DNA from: Zygnema circumcarinatum SAG 698-1b
Taxonomy: Eukaryota; Plantae; Zygnematophyceae
Direction of reading: 5' to 3'
Assembly (NCBI GenBank): GCA_037447605.1
Contig: CM074810.1
Location: forward strand, 2,328,880 to 2,392,879
Length of the DNA: 64,000 bases
The position numbers and the translations under genes were made by a program. How positions within the stretch are numbered: position 1 is the first letter of the stretch; every line of letters starts with the position of its first letter. Shown one piece after another: positions 25,329 through 37,166 of this stretch. The notes beneath the pieces are model-generated. The model made no database searches and was not told where the DNA came from. It worked only from the letters and a program-made list of their open reading frames with translations.

Positions 25329-25741
25329 TTCGCGGCTGCTTCTAGGGAGGGCTGCGTTGGTGCGCCTAGGCGGAGTTTTTCGCTCCTCGCTTTTTTCTTT
25401 CGTGCTTAGGTCCTTTGCGACCCGTTCCTCGTGGTTCCCCATGCTGTTTTTGTCCATGCTGTACATTTGATGGCCTCGCCATCGTGAGATCAATGCCATT
25501 TTCCCTTTCTCTTGGACCGAGCCAGATACGACAAATATGGAGTCCACAAAACGACAAAGCCGTAAAGGACGGGGAAACTTTCATTGAACTCGCGATGGCG
25601 AGGCCATCAAATGTACATGGACAAAGGCAAAATGTGGAACCACGAAGGACTGGTCACAAAGGACCAAAACACAATAACACGAAGCTAGGAGCGGAAAACT
25701 ACGCCTAGGCACAACAACGCAGCCCTAGAAGCAGCCGCGAA
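25329..25741. repeat. Foldback element: imperfect inverted arms 25329-25495 and 25582-25741 around a loop of about 85 nt
   Basis: ttcgcggctgcttctaggg pairs with ccctagaagcagccgcgaa, and tgtacatttgatggcctcgccatcg pairs with cgatggcgaggccatcaaatgtaca. Confidence 0.85.
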
Positions 25742-25756
25742 GGTCNNNNNNNNNNG

Positions 25757-26335
25757 GAAAGCAGGGTTAGGAGGGAGAGTTCGCAAAAGGTATGACGGAC
25801 GCAAAGCAAAACAACGAGTAAGCAAAGAAAAAGCCACCTGAGGATCTGAAAGATGTGGAAGCTCATCGACCTGAGACGTATCCTCAACCAAAGCATCATC
25901 AACAAAACGATCAACATAAGATGCAACGCCAAAAGGGCAGCCTAAAACACGAATACCAATTCCATCAGCACAAGTATGGATACCACAAGGGAGCGAAAGG
26001 GTAGAAGGGATACCAACCGGAGACCAAGCAAAACACTTCGACAAATTTACCGTCAAACGCATAGCGGCCAATCGAGTAGTAAAATCAGTAAACGCGGCAA
26101 CGACCTGGTCAGCAGGGCCAATGATGTGAGTATCGTCGGCCACCGATGGAAAAAGGCAGCCTGGAAAAGCCTGTGCCGAAGCTCGAAGCGCACGAATGTG
26201 CGCCAAAGCGAACAAAGGACCGCCTAAAGGGTCGCCTTGGCGGGTCCCGGTCGCAGACTCCAAGGTCGCCACTCCACCAGACGCATCGCCAAGAGGAAAA
26301 AGGAGCGGGCTCGAACGAGAATAAAATGTGCGCAC
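25757..26335 (-). mobile_element. Non-LTR retrotransposon reverse transcriptase fragment (CRE/R2-group-like), truncated
   Basis: RTFYSRSSPL, TRQGDPLGGPLFAL, SVADD, VNLSKC, LGCPFG and SDPQVAFSLLTRC...SYLLRTLPP. Confidence 0.85.
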
Positions 26336-26369
26336 AAAAGGAAAAAAAGTACAAGTAAAGTACTTGTAA

Positions 26370-26625
26370 AGTGATTACGGTTATGGAGTTGGCAAGTTTA
26401 AAGTGACGTCAATATGGTATCTGGTTACCTCACTGCCACGTGTTGAGCATCGAACGGTGGGATCCACGACGTTGCGCCTAGGCGTAGTTTTCCACTCTTA
26501 GCTTTTTTCTTTCGTGCTGAGGTCCTTTGCGACCAGTCCAGTCCCTCGTGGTTCCCAATGCTGCTTCTGTCCATGTTGTACATTTGATGATCTCGCCATT
26601 GTGAGTTCAATGCTATTCCCCCTCT
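26370..26625 (+). repeat. Second copy of the foldback arm plus a module shared with 47478-47570
   Basis: gcgcctaggcgtagttttcc...gtcctttgcgacc...tgtacatttgatg, and cacgtgttgagcatcgaacggtgggatcc. Confidence 0.8.
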
Positions 26626-27012
26626 CGTGGAAGGTCAACATCGAAAAGACTTTGAGAATTAGGTTTGGAACAGACTTGAGAACGGTTCTCAACCTAACCG
26701 ATGTCAAAACTGCTCCTGTAAATAACTCAAAAGAAAAAAAGAATTTTAAGTGAACGAAATTTCAGAAACTGGCAACGCGCATGGAAAGCCCATGGATATA
26801 TCGCGATATGTCGCTTCCCATATCGCCTACAAATCTCGATACGGACCAAAGCCGGCTGCCGACACTTGGAGGCGGCTCTGTTGCCACGTGACGTGAATCC
26901 ATCCCAATAAAAACATGCCACGTCACACGGTTTTTCACGTGGCGTACCGCTATTGGAGCATGCTCGACTATTTTAGCACTTGCCCTGGAGAAAGGCCTAA
27001 TATGCTTCATTA

Positions 27013-27170
27013 GGGGGTGTCAGACTTAAAAAAATTTCAATACGCGTGTTCGTAAGTTTGACATCAGAACGAGTACTCCAGTATAATCGCGATCCTCCTG
27101 CGGCGGAGTACTTTCGTAACCTTTTTTTTCGTAACGCTTTTCGTAAGATTTTGTTAAGTCTGACACCCCC
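27013..27170. mobile_element. MITE, 158 bp, perfect 17-bp TIR (GGGGGTGTCAGACTTAA), flanked by TA; same family as 19652-19929
   Basis: 27013-27029 is the reverse complement of 27154-27170. TA flanks on both sides. Confidence 0.88.
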
Positions 27171-27270
27171 TATTGACAGACCTCCCTCTCCCTCCCTCCC
27201 TCTACCTCACTCTCCCTCCCTCCCTCCCTCCTTGGCCACTGCAAACGCTCCTTCACGGAAGAGCCCTCCC

Positions 27271-30200
27271 ATGGCGGGAGCCTCCCTCCCTCTCCGTCTC
27301 CTCCTCGTCCCTCTCTCCCTCCTCCTCCCATCAGCTTCCGCGGTACGGATTCCGTACTCCTCCTCTCTCCTGCCTTCCGCCCTGAACCCCTTCAAAACCA
27401 CAAAAGGAGAGAGCCCCCTGAAAAGCCCCACCGACATTCTTCCGGTGTACGTGGGCGCTGTAATTCCCGGAGAATCCTTGAAATGGAACGGAACCTGTTT
27501 TACGGAAACTGAGGCGTACATAGATCTCACATCGGCGGAACAGAGAGAGGGAATTGAGGTTGGCGCCATTCTCAACATCGAGGTCAGGCCATCAATCACA
27601 TCTATATGTGCATTTTTTTCGAATTTATTCGTGAAATCATTATCGATTTGATGATTTCAGCTCAATTCGATTCATAATCCTTGCTTTCCTTTTCGTATGT
27701 TATGTCTACACCTAGAGCGTGTTCTTGGGTTCAAATTTTAGGGTTCGAGATTGTTCGGAGAGGGGTGGGGAGAGGCGGGGGGGGGGGAGGGTTGTATAGG
27801 GGCTATTTATAACCCTGAATTCGAATATTGTTGGGCTTTTTACTGTTCATAAGAGCTCATTTTTTTAGGTTTTCTAAGGTTGAATCCCTCCCTCCCTCCC
27901 CCCCTCCCTCCCTTGTGACAGTTATTGCTTGATTTTGAAAGCGATTCCTTTCCTTTATGCACTGTTCTCCTCCTTTCTCTTCCATTTTGGCCTTCTCTCT
28001 CCCCTCCGGCCCCTCTCTCTTCTTTCTTCTTCCCCCCTTTGTGCTTACTTCTATATTTATATTTTTTTCGCTTTCCGGTGAGCAGACATGGAGCCCTAAA
28101 AGCTGGACGTGTATGGACCTCTACGCCTTCGCAACTCCCTATCGCCTGACCGGAGACTTCTTCTTTTTTCGCGGGCACCACAAATTTTCACTAACTTGGT
28201 TGGATCCCTCGGAACGGACATATGTAAGTTGCAGCAAATAACCCATTTAGAAATCTGAAATTATATCAGAAGTATCTGTAATTGATCGATTAGGGATACC
28301 CTTTCCAAGAGAATGTTTCATTGTTTTGAGTCGTCTCTTCTTGACGACATTTTTCAGCTCCTCCCCTAACCTTTTGCTTTCTTCATTCTCTCCCTCTCGT
28401 CTCCTGCTTCTCCCTTAACCACATCATGCCCATTATTTTTCGCTGCTTTCCCAGAGCCCCTCCTCTTTTCCTCCCTCTCGACTCTCTTCTCCCCCTCTCT
28501 CCGCTCCCCTTCTAAATCCTCCAAACTTGAAGTTATTCTAATCTAGTTGTATCTAATTACTCCCAACTGACTTCAGCGAGTCTTACATTGGAATTCCTAT
28601 GTTATTCTTATGCTGTCACAACCATTGTTTGGACCAATGCCTACACAAACCACTACCATATTCACCACTATTGTTTCCTATTGCTATTATTCCTCGTAAT
28701 ATAATTTATCGTATTTTTGCAGGTTCTTCAAAAAGGTTTATCTGTATTTTTGATGCCAAAAGGATTCCTTGGCACTCTGCATGGCCTATGGGATGTTGCC
28801 CCTCTTCTCTCCAACTCATGGCTGGGCGAAGCAGCGCAGCTCGCCTTCCTCGAACGCAGAATGGGAGCCGAGTTCGTGGCCCGCAAGTAGGCACAGAGTG
28901 AGGGAGGGTGCAGGGGGGGAGAGAGAGAGGGGGGGAGGTGAGAGTGAGAGTGAGAGTGAGGGCGAGAGAGGGGGGAGCGAGAACGGAGGGAGAGAGAGAG
29001 TGTGAGAGAGGAGAGGGGAGAGGGGAGAGAGAGGAGAGGGGGAAAGGAGGAGGGGGATGGGGGGAAGTGTGGGGTAGTTCAGAGGCGAGAAGAGAGAGAG
29101 TCGAAAGAGGGAGAGGGAGGCCGAGTGAGTGGAGGGTATACTTACTTAGTAACCTTCGCTTTTTTTGAAGTGTATTCTATAAGTCTTTCTTACTCACGCT
29201 CTTCCTTTTTATCTCCTTTCTCTCCCCTCCTCCCTTCCTCCCTTCCTCCCTCCTCCCCCGCCCCNNNNNNNNNNGAAGGGGGAAGGGAAAGAGGGAGGGG
29301 GCGGGCGGCCGGGCGGCCGGGTGGGAGGGAGTGAGGGAGGGGGAAGGGAGGGGGAGGGAGGGAGATGGTGCTCAATGCTTTGGAATTGACAGTTGAGACG
29401 CCTCTGGGGCAATTGCCTATCTTAATCTCTTAACTTAGAAACCTGAATATCGAACTCAGTATAGTCCTAATTCTTGTATTCTTCTCCCTCCCTCCTCCTC
29501 TGCAGAGTGAGCCCATAATTGCAGTGATGCCGTTCTTGGAGTGGTGGGAGGCTCAGCTGAAAGATGTATCGGAGCCACATATTGCAATTCTGCCCCTCCG
29601 CTCAGACCTCCGAAAAATTTGGAACAATAGTGCGGCATGGGAATTTGTTCGGAGCATGGATGGGAAGAAGTTTGGATTTCACAACATTATTTTCAGTTGG
29701 ATCGATACTCCAGATCAGAATTTTCCGCCTCCGGTTAACTCACAACTGGTATTGGGACAAAACTGAACTTGAATTGGGATCTCTATGGAGGCCATGAGCC
29801 CTTTGTATATTCAAACTACTTTTTTTCTTCTGTCTTGTGTTTGCATTGTGAATGGGAGAGGGATTGAATGTGTGTAGAACTCCTGAACATGTCCTATGAT
29901 AACAGAGGGATGTTCAGTCGAGTGGAAAAGTGCGAGAGAGAGAGGGAGAGGGGGAGGGGAGAGAGGGAGAGAGATAGAGAGGGAGAGAGAGGGAAAGAGC
30001 GGGAGAAAAGAGAGAAAGTGAGAGAGGGAGAAAGGGAGAGAGAGAGAGAGAGATGTAGAGACATGCAGAGAGGAAGAGAGCGGGAGAGATGGAGAGTGGG
30101 AGAGTGGGAGAGAGAGGGAGAGAGGCAGACTTGCTTATCCAGAACTTGGTGGCCTTTGGAGACAGGTGGCAGCCTTAGCCTCTATGTGGATAAGACTGCA

Positions 30201-31158
30201 GCCGGAGTATGCGGGGAATCTCTGGGAGGAGGCTCTCAATAAGCGGCTCGGAACTCAGGTAAGGGAAGGGTTCAGGGCGCAGGGTTTAGGGTTTAGGGTT
30301 GCAGGTTTCAGCGGTCTTGCAGTATTTTTTGGCTCTCAATATTTAGTGTTTTCTTCAAACTTTTAGGGTTTCCACTCGCTTTGACCTTTGCCTTACTTGT
30401 TTTTTTTTTCCTTGCTCCCGAGTTTTGTCTTTATATTAACATAAAAGTCTACTGATTTTTTTTTTTTTTTGGTGTTTGTTACAGGATCTTGAATTTCCTG
30501 GAATTTTGGAGGAGTGTGGGCGCCGCGAAATGACCTTTGGCGAGCTGTTGGCGATCCCTGAGGATGACACGTGGCGGTACAGTGACGGTATCTCCACCTC
30601 CTGCGTGGCCTTTGCCGTCACGACGTGGAAGAAGGCGGGGATTCTCGGACCCTACTCGGACGATATTCAAGCTACAGAATTCACGGTACTGCTGCTGCTC
30701 TCTCTCTCTCTCTCAGTCCTCCCCTTCTACTACCCTCTCTCTGTCTCTCTCTCCCCCTCCCCCTTCCCCTCCCACCTCCCCTTACTTCCCGCTTCCCCTC
30801 CCCACCCCTCCCCCTTCCTCCCTGCCTTCCCTTCCCCCCCCCCCTCCCCCATTTCCCCCTCTCCCATCCCACCCCTCCCTCCCTCCACTCACCCTCATGC
30901 CCCTCCCTCCCACATCCTCTCCCTCTCCCTGCCTGCCTGCAGATCAGAGACGCGTACAACCTAAAAGTCTTCGAAGACGACCCTGAGAAGCTTCCTTCTT
31001 GGTGTAACCCCCATGAAAATGAAAAGCTGCCCTACTGCCAAGTGTTGGGAAAATGGCGCTTTGACCTCCCGGGCTACAACAGCCAGGAGCCCTACCCCCA
31101 TATGAATGAGCACTGCCCAAGTCTGCCCCCTGACTACTATCGCCCTCCCAACTGTTAG
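27271..31158 (+). CDS. Secreted conserved plant protein (At4g27020/At1g70160-like; permuted papain-like amidase family). Central exons missing in the gap near 29265
   Basis: Signal peptide. Motifs WNGTCF, SWTCMDLYAFATPYR, GFHNIIFSWIDT, EYAGNLWEEALNKRLGT, YSDGISTSCVAF and C-terminal MNEHCPSLPPDYYRPPNC. Confidence 0.88.
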
Positions 31159-32103
31159 AATATGGGGACCAAAAATGTAAAAATAGTTTGTACAGAAACT
31201 TATTCTTTGTATAAAGGAAAGATTGGAGGGGGGAAGGGAGTGGGAATGGAGAGACGAGTGATGGTCGCAGAGATCATCTGTAGTTTACAAGGGGAGATAG
31301 CTTCAAGTACATTGACGCGAACATGTTTCTTGTGGAAAATGTCTCTCAGATGCTGAAGGAACTTGGATGAAACAAAGAATGGTGAAGAAGTGAATAAAAT
31401 TTACTTTTAATATTCCTTGCTTGATTGCTTCTTTGAATCCATTGTCAGTCAAAACAGAAGGCAACGGGACAGCAAAAGTTCTTTGCATGCACTTTTGAAA
31501 ATCATTCAAATTTTGAGCAGCCATTATGATAAAGAGAGCATACAAACCTGTTACTCTAAAACTCTGCAAGTCCCTCGAACAACAAATATTCCCTGCACAG
31601 TCTGCGTCTGCAATTCATGCATGAGAAAATTTGGAAATAATCAGCGGAATTCATGTCAACGCTCCCCCTCCCCCTCCCCCTCCCCTTACCAACCCCAATT
31701 CACATGCAATTACGGTTGCTAACTTAGTTCCGTCCCTGTAAATATGTCGAGTTCGGTTGCAGCTATGGAAAGAGCAGCTCCCGAAGCCATGTCGCGCTTA
31801 AAGAGAGAGCGAGGGGCGCTCCTCACATGGCTGCAGTCGGTGACTTCCAAAGGGCAGCAGTCAGCCTTTGGCAAAGAGGCGGGCGGCTGATTACAGTGGG
31901 CCAAGGCGGGGGGACAGCAGTTGGACATGGAGCCACTAAGCCTCTCTTTCAAATCGTACTCTATTCTGTCGCTCTGCCTTTCACATCTATTGCAGTGGAA
32001 CAAAACGAAAATTGGTAAGCGAGCCTTTCAAAACTTAGCAGTTTCTGAGCTTGAGTGATAAGGGCAGCCTGCGCCGTAACGAGGGCCCACTATTTAAAGT
32101 ACG

Positions 32104-33155
32104 CTAGTTCAACAACTGGAGAAATGTTCCATATAGGGTTGCCGGCAGTGCAGTGCTTGCAGTCGCTTCGGCTCGCACTCCTCGCTGAGCGGGAGCACGT
32201 CGCCGCTGTTCATGGACGTCATTGACAGAATTCTGGCTGCCCCGCAACAAATCTCTGTCAGGCAAGGATGTCTTGCAGTCGCTCATTCGCTTCTTTTTCA
32301 GAATAAGGTATCGTCTCTGGCGAGCCAAAAGACAGGTCCGTCGGTAGATTTCTAAAGAGAGCTCTGCAGGCTCAGGCGACCTTCTTTCCGCTTCTTTTCT
32401 GCACCAAACAAGCATCAAAGAGCCAGTATTGAATGGGCATCAAGTTTTCAGAAAGAGTTGAATTCTTTTTAGTCAAGAGTAACAAAAAAATAACATTCAC
32501 AAACTGCTGAGTTTTCGTGTATTGAGCGCACCTTGTGCCTTCCTTCACTGCTGTAACACATGCGCTTACAAGGGACTCGTTTGTTCCAGTTCTAGATTGC
32601 TTTGTCGATCCCTGCAGGAAACATGTTTGAACTGAAGGTAACATCAGTCCAAATAGAAGAGCCTCTTCTCACTCTGTACTTGAAGACGGTAGAAAACAGA
32701 GTTGGGTTAGTCAGTTAGTCAGCTCGTTAGTCACAGGTTAGCTAGTTCACAGGTTTGAAACTGTTCTCTTGCATGCACTCCATGCTAGACCCGCCGGTCT
32801 TAGAGTCAATTTTTTATCTCGTTCATGTTGAGAAGAACATCACTGCATTCGATCTTTTTTAGCTCTTTATAAAATGCATCTATGTGACTCAGATCTACCT
32901 TCTCTTCAAAGCTCTGTTTCTTCTCCTCTCTTTTCGTTGTCTCCGACTGTTGGTCGACATTGGAGCAGGTTCTGGAGCTGCCTCGTATTGCAGCCTGCAC
33001 TTGCAATATAATCAGATATGGCATATTTCAACCTTTATTTTACCTTACAAGAGGCCTTAACTTCAGCGGCTGTTGAATTGGATGAATACCTCTATCACAT
33101 CCACCTACATTTCGTGCCTTACATTGAAACCTGCGATTGAAGAGGACGCGTCCAT
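32104..33155 (-). CDS. Putative orphan spliced gene, about 170 aa; 5' structure uncertain
   Basis: Three phase-compatible GT-AG exons (about 32994-32899, 32613-32534, 32398-32104) give AAIRGSSRT...FEEK|GSTKQ...EGTR|KEAERRSPEP...QLLN*. No family recognised. Confidence 0.35.
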
Positions 33156-34021
33156 ATGCCCTTCAAATGGTCTTTCAGGATTTCAAGTCTCAACTCAAGT
33201 CAAGTGTTTTCATCAAGTACAAAAACAGCGACGTTTTTATCTCTTTGAAAATCTCTACAGCAACGATAAAGTCTCAGCTCCTAATCCTTTCACTTCCTAC
33301 TCTTCAATCCCCTCACATTCTCCTCCCTCACCCTCTCCCTCTCTCTCTCTCTTCCTCCCGCTCCCTCTCCTTCTCCCTCTCCCACTCCCACTCCCCTTCT
33401 CTCCACTCCCTTGAAGTCTTCAGCTTCTCACAGCAGTGCAGAGAAATTTCCAAAACTCAACTCAGTTTCTGCACCGCTTACAAGGCCTCGCTTTCCCCAA
33501 CAAACAAAAAAAAAAACAAATTTCAAATTTCTCTTCCAATACAGAAACAGCGCTTTGCATGGACTGTTTTTTGCAGACTTTTTTGCCGCCGCTCGATTAT
33601 GGCTCCGGATTTTCAAAACGGCTTCATTCTCGTTCTTTGTTCAAACTACATTTTGTCCAATTCGTTTCTGAACTAAACTGCGCCTCTACGTGTATCAAAA
33701 CTTCCAACAATGTCGTCCATTCACGTGACATGGATCGGCATCCGATACACGTTACGGTATAGGATACTACGATGTCCGATATATTCCTTATATTTTATAT
33801 TGCGATATACTGATCAAGAATCATTTGCGATATATCATTTTTATACGATATTTAACAATATGAATATCGAGTAAGATACAATACATGGATATACCGAGGT
33901 ACGATATATTAGATAATCTTAATTTCGATACGATACGATAAATGTTATCTCGATCGGTTTGACTCTCGGTTCGGTTCGATACAGAACAAGGAAGTAGGTG
34001 TCAGCAGGTAGCGAGGCCGCG

Positions 34022-36303
34022 ATGGCTGAAGCCATGGAGGAGCCTGCAAGGGCAATGGCGGAAAGCCCTCCCCCAAGGATGAAGAAGCGGATTAGGAAAA
34101 ACGAGGTGTCAAAGGTGAGATGACTCCAAATCCCGGATTTTCCCTTTTTTTTTTCCTTTCCCCTTTGTATACTCTCTGCCCTCCCTTATCCACTTCATCC
34201 TGATTGAAGGAATGAGGAGATTATCGAGCACATAAAAGATTTAACGTGCTGCATAACGTGAATTCTTGGAATCCTGATGGCTATAATTGAAATATTTCTT
34301 TAATATTTCTTCAAGATTTTAAATAGTTATGAAGTGGGTTTTGAGCAGGAGGTCAGTAAGGATCACTCTGATCGTTCCAGGTGGAATGCGTGGCGGAATA
34401 TGGAGATCGATGCGGAATTGAACTGGCGAGAATATCATTTGAAGCGAAGCGAATTTGAAGCTGAAACCTCAGCGAAGGTGGAAAAAGTAGGAACTGGAAC
34501 GGAAATTAAAGCCCCCTCAAGAGATTTCCTAAAAGAAGGTTCCAGAAAGAGAAGCATATATGAGGATGTGGGTCATGAAGGAACGGTAAGAGGAGAGAAG
34601 AATGGGAATCTAGATGAAGAGGAGGATACCAAGTTAGCGAGGCTTCTAGGTCTCGATCCTGAATTCGATGAAGGTGAAGACAAGGAAGATAGATATGATG
34701 ATGGGAATGAAGATAGGGATCAGAAAATGGCGGTGGAACTCGGTGAAACAAGCATGGAAGAGCTTCAGAAAAGTAAATTCTGGCGTCTTCTTTGGGAGAT
34801 TCAGCGAATAGAAATGAAGAATTTGCCGAAATATCGACATGATGACGTCGAGCTATTTCATTGGCTAGTGAGAGAACACGGACTTCCATCATCAAAGTGG
34901 GGTCGACAGCTCATAAGAAGGAATGTGAGAGAGTGGAGAAAACTAGAGAGGATAGAAATTGGTTATAATAGCGGTGTAGATGACGACGAATTGTTCGGAA
35001 ATTTCCGTCGTCAAATTTCTCGCAGTAGTCAGAAAATAGAGGGGTTGACTAAAGGGAGTGAGGATTTCATAGAAGAGAAAGATAGAGTGAGAGAATATGG
35101 GTCTGCAGCAGGCTCTTGTATGATTTGTAGAGGCACAAAACATGATTCACTTCTTGGTCTTGACTATGGGTGCTGCCCTTTAGTTCTGATAAGGCAAGAG
35201 GAGGAGGCTCTGAGTAGAGCGAGAGAGGGAGTGGAGAGTGGGGAGGGAGGAGGGCTGCCGGCAGATGCGGGAGAGAGGGAGGAGGTAGGAAGAGGGAGAG
35301 AGTCAGAGATTCCTGGGTTTGTTTTTGCAGGGAAGAGTGATGGGGTGGAGTTATATTACTGCAGTGTGAAGGGCTGTCCTTGGGAACCATTTGGAAAGAA
35401 ACCACCGACGATTTTGAAAGCTGTTGCATCTCATTGGGAGAAAATGCATAAAGGGAAGAAGATTGAGCCCATGAATAAAGATGAGATTTGGGCGGAAGGA
35501 CTTTCCGAACCAACATTGGTATGTATGCAAGTCCCTAATCCTTATCGAATGAACGTATTGTTAAGAAAATAACTTGCATATTAAAGAGGGTAGAAGAGGG
35601 GGTAGAGCATCCATAAAAATATTTTCCTCACTAACTTTTCATCTTTACAGTCCCATTACTTTTAAATTTTAAGCTTTGAAGGAAGAGTTTTTTCTTTTTT
35701 TTTTTCTGCTGTGCAGCGCTTACTGACAGCGATCCAAGACCTTGGGGGAGCGCACGCGAAGCTGATGGGGCTAAAAATTGGGCCCAAAAAAAAACTTTCT
35801 CCTTCAGACTTGCGAGCTGTTGGTATGCTCAACCTTCCCAAACTACTTGAAGGAGTTCCCTACCGTCCTGCACTTAGGATTCCGCCTCCCTGCCTTTCCC
35901 CCTCGCTCTCTCCCTCCCTCCCTCCCTCCCTCTCTCCCTCCCTCCCTCCCTCCCTACTTGAGGACTGTACCTGCCTTCCCTCACAGCCATCCTTCTTCCC
36001 TCCTCTCCTCCTCCCAAATTCTCTTCCTACCTTCCTCTCTCCCTCCCTCCCTAGGTCTCGTCCTCCCACTCTTTCTCCCTCCCTCCCTCCCTCCCTCCTC
36101 GTCAACCTCCTTCCTTCCATTCCTTCCCCTCCCGTCCCCTCTCTCCCTCCCCCCCCCCTAGTCTGTCCCTTTCACTTCGTCCGGCCGTCTATTAAATCAG
36201 GATTTCTCCCATTCTTGCAGAAGCTCTCGTGGAGGAGATGGTGGAGGACTCCATCCGCCAAATGTCGGCTTCTTTTCCAGAGGATGCAGGCGGAGAGTCG
36301 TAG
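34022..36303 (+). CDS. Uncharacterized protein with a C2H2-like zinc finger and a degenerate GARP/Myb-like C-terminal segment. About 4 exons
   Basis: Exon 34022-34114, a long open exon to about 35519, exon 35717-35822 and a last exon from 36221. Motifs YYCSVKGCPW...HWEKMH and RLLTAIQDLGGAHAKLMGLK. Confidence 0.6.
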
Positions 36304-37166
36304 GCCTTGGAAGAGTATTTCCATAGCGGATTTCTGCTAAATGCAATTTTTTGCAAAGTTTAGTTTTTTGCCTCTTCAGGTTTTTGTCAACTCGGTTCTT
36401 TCATGAAAGCCATCAAGTGAAAAGTCGTCTGCAATTTGCAGTTTTTTCGGGGTTTGCAAGATCTCTAAAACTCTAGAATCAAAATGAAAAAAAAACCCTT
36501 TTTTTGTCATCTGAGTTTTCCACTGCTAATGAGTGAAAGCTAACTCCAAATTTGTCCTTCACTACTGAGGTGGAAATATCTGCACCTCTATTATTCGCTT
36601 TCGTCTATTTTGAACGTCCTCAAAATCCTAAATACCTTCATTTTGCAACGAGCTGATTGGCAGAAGGAGCTCCCTTCAAATACTCTTTGATGCAAAGTCT
36701 CGTTAGTGGTTTTGGCATCAACAACGTCAAAAAACAGCTTTTATAATAATAAATTAAGTTGCAGATGGGGTAGCTGTAAGTGGCAACCGGGCTATGCCAT
36801 CTACTCCTATTCCTCTCCTTCCTCTCTTTATCGCGCTGTCTCCTACTCTTTTTTTCCTCTTTCTCACGCGATCTCTCTCTCTCACTCTCCCTCCCTCCCT
36901 CCCTCTCTCTTTCTATTACCTTTACTGTACAGTATTGCACATTAATGTTGCTTCTAAACCCCCTTTAACCCTTCCAAACCAGTAGTCCTTGAACGCCTTA
37001 TCACATCCCACGTCTACAAACCACTAATAAAAGTAATCCCTCCCCTCGCTCGCTCCCTCTCTCTCGCCCTCCTTCCTTCCCTCCTTCCTTCCCTCCCTCC
37101 TTCCCTCTCTTCCTCCCTCCCTCAAACCCTACGCCTCTCTACCTTTACAACCCTCCAACCCTAACC

